From: Chloroflexota bacterium
GTDB lineage: Bacteria > Chloroflexota > Anaerolineae > UBA2200
DNA: 32,000 nt
Direction of reading: 5' to 3'
Assembly: GCA_014360755.1 (NCBI GenBank)
Contig: JACIWX010000001.1
Location: forward strand, 640,441 to 672,440
Part shown: positions 14,417 to 19,562 of the stretch, piece after piece
Layout of the letters: each line of letters starts with the position of its first letter
How positions within the stretch are numbered: position 1 is the stretch's first letter
Notes under the pieces: model-generated
The model's database searches: none
Told to the model about the DNA's origin: nothing
Seen by the model: the letters and a program-made list of their open reading frames with translations, nothing else
Made by a program: the position numbers and the translations under genes

Positions 14417-17317
14417 CTACGAAGCCGAAGCGGATGGATTGCAAAGGTCTGTCAGATTCGGGCATGTGGACTGGCACGGTTCGTCCTCTAGGAACTGCCG
14501 CCATTCCTTCGGGGTGAGGTTGCGATTGGCGATGCGACAGGCGCGAGCCCGCCACGAATCTAGACTGGCATCCCAGAGGATGATAGTGCCATCTAGGCTG
14601 CCAGATAACAAAGTACCGCCGTCCGGACTAAAAACCACGCTGTCCACCGCAGACCTGTGGCCAATGAGCGGCTTGCCTATGGCATGACCGCTTTTCACAT
14701 CCCATAGGATAATGGAGTTGTCCTCTGTGGGCGGAGACACTCGGCCGCTGCCAGATGCCAATATTCGCCCATCAGGACTGAAAGCAATGCTCTGCACTCC
14801 TACACTATGGCCTTTGAGCGGGGAAAAGAGGGGTTGACCGGTCGTGACATCCCACAGGATAACGGTGGAATCCTCTCCGCCTGATGCTAGGATATGGCTA
14901 TCTGGGCTGAAAGCGACGCTGTTCACCCAGAAAGCATGCCCACGCCATGGTTGGCCACATGGCATCCGTGTAGCGACATCCCAAAGGATGACCGTTCTAT
15001 CCATGCTACAGGAAGCCAACATCTTCCCATCTGGGCTGAATGCCACACTCTGCACCTCTGCACTGTGACCGGTTAATGGCTCGCCCAGTGGTCGATGCGC
15101 GGAGACATCCCAGAGGATAATGGTTTTATCCGCACTAGAGGAAGCCAATATCTTTCCATCCGGGCTGAAAGCAACACCCATAACCGATCGCGTATGCCCT
15201 GTCAAGGGTTCGCCAATGGCTTGCTGGGTCATCACATCCCACAGCATGACGGTATTGTCCTCGCTGCCAGACGCTAACGTCTGACCATCCGGACTGAAAG
15301 CAAGGCTGGTTATGAAAGACCTGTGTCCCTTCAACGGCTGGCCAATGGGCTGCCCTGTCTTGGCGTCCCATAGGATGATGGCGTTGTCCCTTCTGCCTGA
15401 GGCGAACACTTTGCCATGTGGGCTAAAAGCCAGGCTCCCAGTATAACCTGTCTCGTTGATGACAAGCTGGGCCAGCGGTTGGGACACCGTTTGCTGAGTA
15501 TTCCACAACATGATCAGAGTCCCACTGCCAGCGACCAAGGTTGCTCCATCTGAACTGAAAGCTAAGGACGGCACTCCTTCGGCGTGCCCGGTCGCTAGTG
15601 TGCCCAACGACTGATGTGTCTGCGCATCCCACAGAGTTACCGTGCCATGTCCACTACCTGATGCCAACACTCTTCCGCTGGGATTGAAAGCCAGGCTGAA
15701 TACCCCAGCGTCGCGACCAGTGAGAGGAATCTCCCCTATTGCTCCCCCGGCTGAGACGTCCCATATCATAATGGCATCATCGGCATCCCCGCCCGACAAG
15801 AGTGTTTTCCCATCTGGGCTGAAGGCAAGGCTAGTCACATAATGGCTGTGCCCTTCCAGGCGTGGCATCAGCGGTTTGAGGGTGGCAACATTCCAAAGAA
15901 CAATGGTGCGATAGGCACCTGCTGCCAATATGCGCCCATCGGGGCTGAAAGCGACCTCCTGTACCATTCCCCAGTGAGGTCCGAGTGGCTGACCAAGTGG
16001 TTCTCCTGTTGCCACGTCCCATAGAATCACAGTCTGGTCATCGCTGCCGGACGCCAACATCTTCCCATCCGGACTGAACGCGACACAGAGCACATGGTGC
16101 TGATGCCCTTTGAGAGGAGCAAGCACAGGCAAGCCAGTGGCTACATTCCACAGGATGATGGAGCCATCGGAACTGCCGGACGCCAGCATCTGTCCATCCG
16201 GGCTAAAAGCCACGCTGTTCACCGTGCCAGTATGTCCGGTGAGATGCCGTCCACCGGATTCAGGGTGCGTCGTATCCCAGAGCATAACGCTGCCATCTGC
16301 ACTGCCTGAGGCCAGCGTGTTCCCCTTTGGACTGAAAGCCACGCTGAACACGGAAGAGGTGTGGCCATGGAGAAAAGCAGTGAGATTGGGGCTGTGTTCT
16401 AACGCATCGAGCAGGCTAGCTCTGGCTTCTACAGTATCTGCGATGCGGCTGGCCTCAACAGCCAATAGCAGCGCCAAGTCAAGCTGATCGGAAAGGTGAG
16501 TCTGCGCCTGCGCTGCCAATTGGCGGGACAAAGCGATACGGCGTTGTTGCTCTGCGTTATCTCTCTGCGCGATTGCTTCTGCTTGAGCCGTAGCGCGCAC
16601 CCTAGCTTCCTCAACCGCAATGGCTTTCGCCTCTAGTGCTTCATTGCGTTGACCCCAGGCAACCAATGCCAAAACAGCAGTCACTACCAAGCCCAACGTA
16701 ACCGCTGCAAGCGTGGCTCTTTGCCGGTTTATTGCTGCCTTGCGACTGGCAAGGATGTACTCCACCTGCAGTGGAGTGGGTGTAGGTTCCTTTGTCGCAC
16801 TTTTGCCCAACCATTCCTCTGCCTCCTGGAGATCCCTGCCGCGTAGCGCAAAACTGTTGTCCCGTCCCTTGCTATCCCACTCTGTAGCACGCACGAGGAA
16901 CCGAGTATGTGCACGCACCCAGTCGAGATCCGTTTGAATGGCTTGCACCAACTTATCGAAAGACTGCTGGAAATCATCCTGCTCGCGGAAGAATATCCAA
17001 TGGAGCGAGGCAATCTCAGGAGGCAGGTCTCTAGGATCAAGATCGTGCAGCAGCACCGGTACCAATCGCTTGTGGTTTCCGAGGCCGTGCTCGATTTCCT
17101 TGCGACAGACCTCTGATTGGACCGATGTCTGGCTGACAATAAACACCAGTGTATCGGCCCCTTCGATGGCGCGATATACCTCAGACTGCCAGTCTGCACT
17201 AGGGGGAATATCCTCCCAGTCAACCCATATCTCTAGATCCCTGGCACGCAGGGCATCGTAGAGCACACGCGCAAAAGCAATATCCTTCCGTGAGTAAGAG
17301 ATAAAGACGTCTGACAT
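14417..17317 (-). CDS. TIR-WD40 protein: N-terminal TIR, one hydrophobic helix, coiled coil, 14 WD40 repeats
   Basis: ATG at 17317 with AGGAGA 6 nt upstream. TIR blocks are DVFISYSRKD, IWVDWEDI, LVFIVSQTSVQSEVCRKEIEH and LVPVLL. The hydrophobic helix is LAAVTLGLVVTAVLALVAW. There are 14 units of about 42 aa with the pattern L-x-GH-x-x-x-V-x-S-VAFSPDG-x-x-LASGS-x-D-x-T-(V/I)-ILWD. The C-terminal tail (ACRIANRNLTPKEWRQFL...TCP) is typical of bacterial WD40 arrays. Confidence 0.9.
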   Translation of the reverse strand: MSDVFISYSRKDIAFARVLYDALRARDLEIWVDWEDIPPSADWQSEVYRAIEGADTLVFIVSQTSVQSEVCRKEIEHGLGNHKRLVPVLLHDLDPRDLPPEIASLHWIFFREQDDFQQSFDKLVQAIQTDLDWVRAHTRFLVRATEWDSKGRDNSFALRGRDLQEAEEWLGKSATKEPTPTPLQVEYILASRKAAINRQRATLAAVTLGLVVTAVLALVAWGQRNEALEAKAIAVEEARVRATAQAEAIAQRDNAEQQRRIALSRQLAAQAQTHLSDQLDLALLLAVEASRIADTVEARASLLDALEHSPNLTAFLHGHTSSVFSVAFSPKGNTLASGSADGSVMLWDTTHPESGGRHLTGHTGTVNSVAFSPDGQMLASGSSDGSIILWNVATGLPVLAPLKGHQHHVLCVAFSPDGKMLASGSDDQTVILWDVATGEPLGQPLGPHWGMVQEVAFSPDGRILAAGAYRTIVLWNVATLKPLMPRLEGHSHYVTSLAFSPDGKTLLSGGDADDAIMIWDVSAGGAIGEIPLTGRDAGVFSLAFNPSGRVLASGSGHGTVTLWDAQTHQSLGTLATGHAEGVPSLAFSSDGATLVAGSGTLIMLWNTQQTVSQPLAQLVINETGYTGSLAFSPHGKVFASGRRDNAIILWDAKTGQPIGQPLKGHRSFITSLAFSPDGQTLASGSEDNTVMLWDVMTQQAIGEPLTGHTRSVMGVAFSPDGKILASSSADKTIILWDVSAHRPLGEPLTGHSAEVQSVAFSPDGKMLASCSMDRTVILWDVATRMPCGQPWRGHAFWVNSVAFSPDSHILASGGEDSTVILWDVTTGQPLFSPLKGHSVGVQSIAFSPDGRILASGSGRVSPPTEDNSIILWDVKSGHAIGKPLIGHRSAVDSVVFSPDGGTLLSGSLDGTIILWDASLDSWRARACRIANRNLTPKEWRQFLEDEPCQSTCPNLTDLCNPSASAS
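14542..16381 (-). repeat. Tandem array of 14 WD40-coding units of about 126 bp (intragenic repeat)
   Basis: There is periodic protein-level repetition (VAFSPDGKMLASGS...TVILWDVATG occurs nearly verbatim several times). The many spurious plus-strand ORFs of similar sequence across this interval reflect the underlying DNA periodicity. Confidence 0.8.
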
Positions 17318-17437
17318 TTGCTGTCTCCTAACTAAGAAGCATTTAACGACTTATAGAAGTGCCTTCACACTTGGCACAAGGTGCATTCCAATCCATCGCC
17401 ACGTCTTCTGCATTGTGTTCCCTCCAATAAGAAAGCC

Positions 17438-17752
17438 TCAGCGTCCCAACTTCTGACGCAATTGCTGGTAGTACTGCTCATCCGCTGGAGACACATACAT
17501 ACCAGCCCGCTTCATCTCCGAAAAGATGTCATACGCGCGCTGCCACCACTCAAGGGCTGTGGGGTCGCCCAAACGCTCCAGCGCATCGGCGATCCAGCAG
17601 CAAGCAACCCACAGATCGCGCTGCCAGCCGGCGTTGGATGGGTCCAACACCGCTAAGCGCTCACGGATCGCCAGACTCTCCCGATATTCTCTCAGTACAC
17701 CTGTCAAGTCTCCCTGCGCCTGCAGCACACTGGCAACCCTGTCGTGGCTCAC
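17438..17752 (-). CDS. Small TPR-like protein (104 aa); possibly an adaptor or a remnant of a longer TPR protein
   Basis: The GTG start lies 7 nt after the stop of the upstream RyR gene. The sequence VLQAQGDLTGVLREYRESLAIRERLAVLDPSNAGWQRDLWV matches the about 40-aa unit common in bacterial TPR arrays (GDLxGALxxYxxSLAIxExLAxxDPxNxxWQRDL). It is followed by a C-terminal cap. Confidence 0.55.
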   Translation of the reverse strand: MSHDRVASVLQAQGDLTGVLREYRESLAIRERLAVLDPSNAGWQRDLWVACCWIADALERLGDPTALEWWQRAYDIFSEMKRAGMYVSPADEQYYQQLRQKLGR

Positions 17753-17759
17753 GGATAGA

Positions 17760-19553
17760 TCATGCTACCATCCGGCGTTGGTAGGGCAGCCGGTACACCT
17801 GCAACCCTGCCCGTGCGAGGAAGCGCGGCAACTCGCGCACTACGTTGCGATCCTTTTCCTTCTCCGCTTCGGGCAGTTCGTCCCAGGGAACCAGGATAGG
17901 GCTGGTCTTTCGTTCCATGTCTTTGGGACCTGGGGCATAGCTCCAGCCTGCGCGTAACCGCTCTTCCACAAAGCGCTGATGTTCCATTTGTGCCATCTTC
18001 TCGACTTCCTCTGCCGTGAACTCGAACCGTTCCGCATCCCAGTCAGTCAACGGTGCTATACCATAGCCTACTGCCTTTAATTTCACCAAAATATGATCCG
18101 CTTGACACCGGTTCGATTCTTTGATCTCCTCCGGCAATTCCTCCCAACATACCAAGGAAGGATTCGTCGCTGGTGTTTCACCTAACCCTTGCTGGTGCCG
18201 CACATAGCTCTCATGAATAGCACGTGCCAACACCTCATGGGTGCCGCCGAGAATCAGTTCAGGACTACAAGTACGATCTAGCAATCCAAAGGCATAGGGG
18301 TTGTCAAAACCATCTCCTTCCGCGCTACGCAGGAGCAGCGCCAACCCCGTCTCGTGAGCCATGCGCACCACAATAGGAATTCTTTGCCCTCTTAAACGCT
18401 GCAGTAACGTCAAGCCTGTCTTTAAGCCAAGGGCATCGTTGTCCAGGCATACATATACCGCTGTTACATCGCAGTGCCCATCAGAGCCGAGCAGAAAACC
18501 CGCTTGCTCAAACTCTGGCCAGAGGATATCCATTTGCAGGACAGCCAGTTGGCAGGCTTTCTCCAATTTCGGATAACGTAGGCAGAGCGACGCTACTTTG
18601 CGCTTTGCTTCTCGATCGATGATGCTGATCCGCAGGGAACCATAAGTTTGCGTATAGTTGGTCCACCAACTCCTTGCCATATGGACTACCAGGCTCTCCC
18701 CCATGCGCCCCAAGCCAACAATGAGCACATGAGGTTGTTGCATCAATACACCGTCTTCCTCATGGAAGCACGGATGTTCTTCCAACAAGAGCCGGGCTCC
18801 ACGGTCAAAGATATTGAACAGTTCCAACCGATATGAAGGGACTGGTGACACTTCGCGCTCACGGAGCAGGTGGTATAGCCGCGCATCCACAATGTGCACA
18901 AAGCAAGTCAATGGACGCCCTTGGCGCGAAGCAACCAGCTCTCGGACGTGCACAGCAACCTCGGCATTGGTGCTGTCATCCCCACAGACGGAGAACACGT
19001 ATTTCGCCCTCGGAACCCCTGCCCGACACAGAACCCCTCGATCCTTAGCATTCCCCAGGGTCACGATGATACCTTCTTCCTGACACAATGTGATGAAATC
19101 GTTGTTCTCATCCTGCTCGATAACGACCACGCGCTCTCCCTGCTGGAGGAACCCCCGCGCTAAGAGCAATCCCATGCGACCTAACCCACAGATCACCACA
19201 TGATCGCGGATGAAACGCAAGCGCAACAATTGCACTTGCTCATAAAAGATCGTTACAAAAGTCTGTATAACCGTATAAGCAGCTACAGCCGGTGCCAACA
19301 ATCGTGCCGCTTGCAACTCCCAGCCTATAGGCGGAGGAACTGCTCCAGATTGCAGGGGAAAAAGCTGCAAAGTGAGGTAGAAAAGATCCCAGAACGAGCG
19401 ATTCTCGTTTAGCGCAGCAAAATGCTTGGCAAATCCAACATACCCCAGGTACAACGTGGTTAGCCACAGCCCAATAATCAAAACCCCTCGGTACTGAGAC
19501 CAATTACGCCAAACAGTTTGGCGCCAGGCTCTATTGGCTACTCTTTTCATCAT
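17760..19553 (-). CDS. 2TM pore-like membrane domain + two Rossmann (TrkA-N/RCK-like) domains + C-terminal tandem RyR-type repeats
   Basis: The start at 19553 is 9 nt after the upstream stop. The membrane layout is TM1 GVLIIGLWLTTLYLGYVGFA, a pore-helix-like segment SFWDLFYLTLQLFPLQSG and TM2 LLAPAVAAYTVIQTFVTIF. The TrkA-N domain reads VVICGLGRMGLLLARGF..VVVIEQDE..GNAKD..GDDSTN. A second GxGxxG is VLIVGLGRMG. The RyR repeats are AIHESY...WEELPEEIKESNR and MEHQRFVEERLRAGWSYAP...LVPWDELPEAEKEKDRNVVRELPRFLARAGLQVYRL. Confidence 0.75.
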   Translation of the reverse strand: MMKRVANRAWRQTVWRNWSQYRGVLIIGLWLTTLYLGYVGFAKHFAALNENRSFWDLFYLTLQLFPLQSGAVPPPIGWELQAARLLAPAVAAYTVIQTFVTIFYEQVQLLRLRFIRDHVVICGLGRMGLLLARGFLQQGERVVVIEQDENNDFITLCQEEGIIVTLGNAKDRGVLCRAGVPRAKYVFSVCGDDSTNAEVAVHVRELVASRQGRPLTCFVHIVDARLYHLLREREVSPVPSYRLELFNIFDRGARLLLEEHPCFHEEDGVLMQQPHVLIVGLGRMGESLVVHMARSWWTNYTQTYGSLRISIIDREAKRKVASLCLRYPKLEKACQLAVLQMDILWPEFEQAGFLLGSDGHCDVTAVYVCLDNDALGLKTGLTLLQRLRGQRIPIVVRMAHETGLALLLRSAEGDGFDNPYAFGLLDRTCSPELILGGTHEVLARAIHESYVRHQQGLGETPATNPSLVCWEELPEEIKESNRCQADHILVKLKAVGYGIAPLTDWDAERFEFTAEEVEKMAQMEHQRFVEERLRAGWSYAPGPKDMERKTSPILVPWDELPEAEKEKDRNVVRELPRFLARAGLQVYRLPYQRRMVA

Positions 19554-19562
19554 CTCAATTCT

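Noticed and set aside
14439-16487. Numerous plus-strand ORFs of 60-125 aa (for example 14439-14687, 14844-15068, 16110-16487) inside the WD40 region
   Set aside because: They are antisense shadows of the 14 near-identical WD40 coding units. They have repetitive, similar sequences, no RBS and no recognisable domains, while the minus-strand frame encodes a complete and canonical TIR-WD40 protein.
17350-17379. Possible internal promoter (TTGTGC-18 nt-TATAAG, minus strand) and a 5-bp hairpin between the mini-TPR and TIR-WD40 genes
   Set aside because: The -35 matches only 3/6, the spacer is long and the hairpin has no U-tract. The evidence is too weak to list as a feature. The 120-nt gap may still hold a promoter.
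17381-17957. Plus-strand ORFs 17381-17656 and 17526-17957
   Set aside because: They are antisense to the mini-TPR gene and the 3' end of the RyR pore gene. No RBS is present and composition is atypical. The minus-strand frames carry recognisable TPR and RyR motifs.
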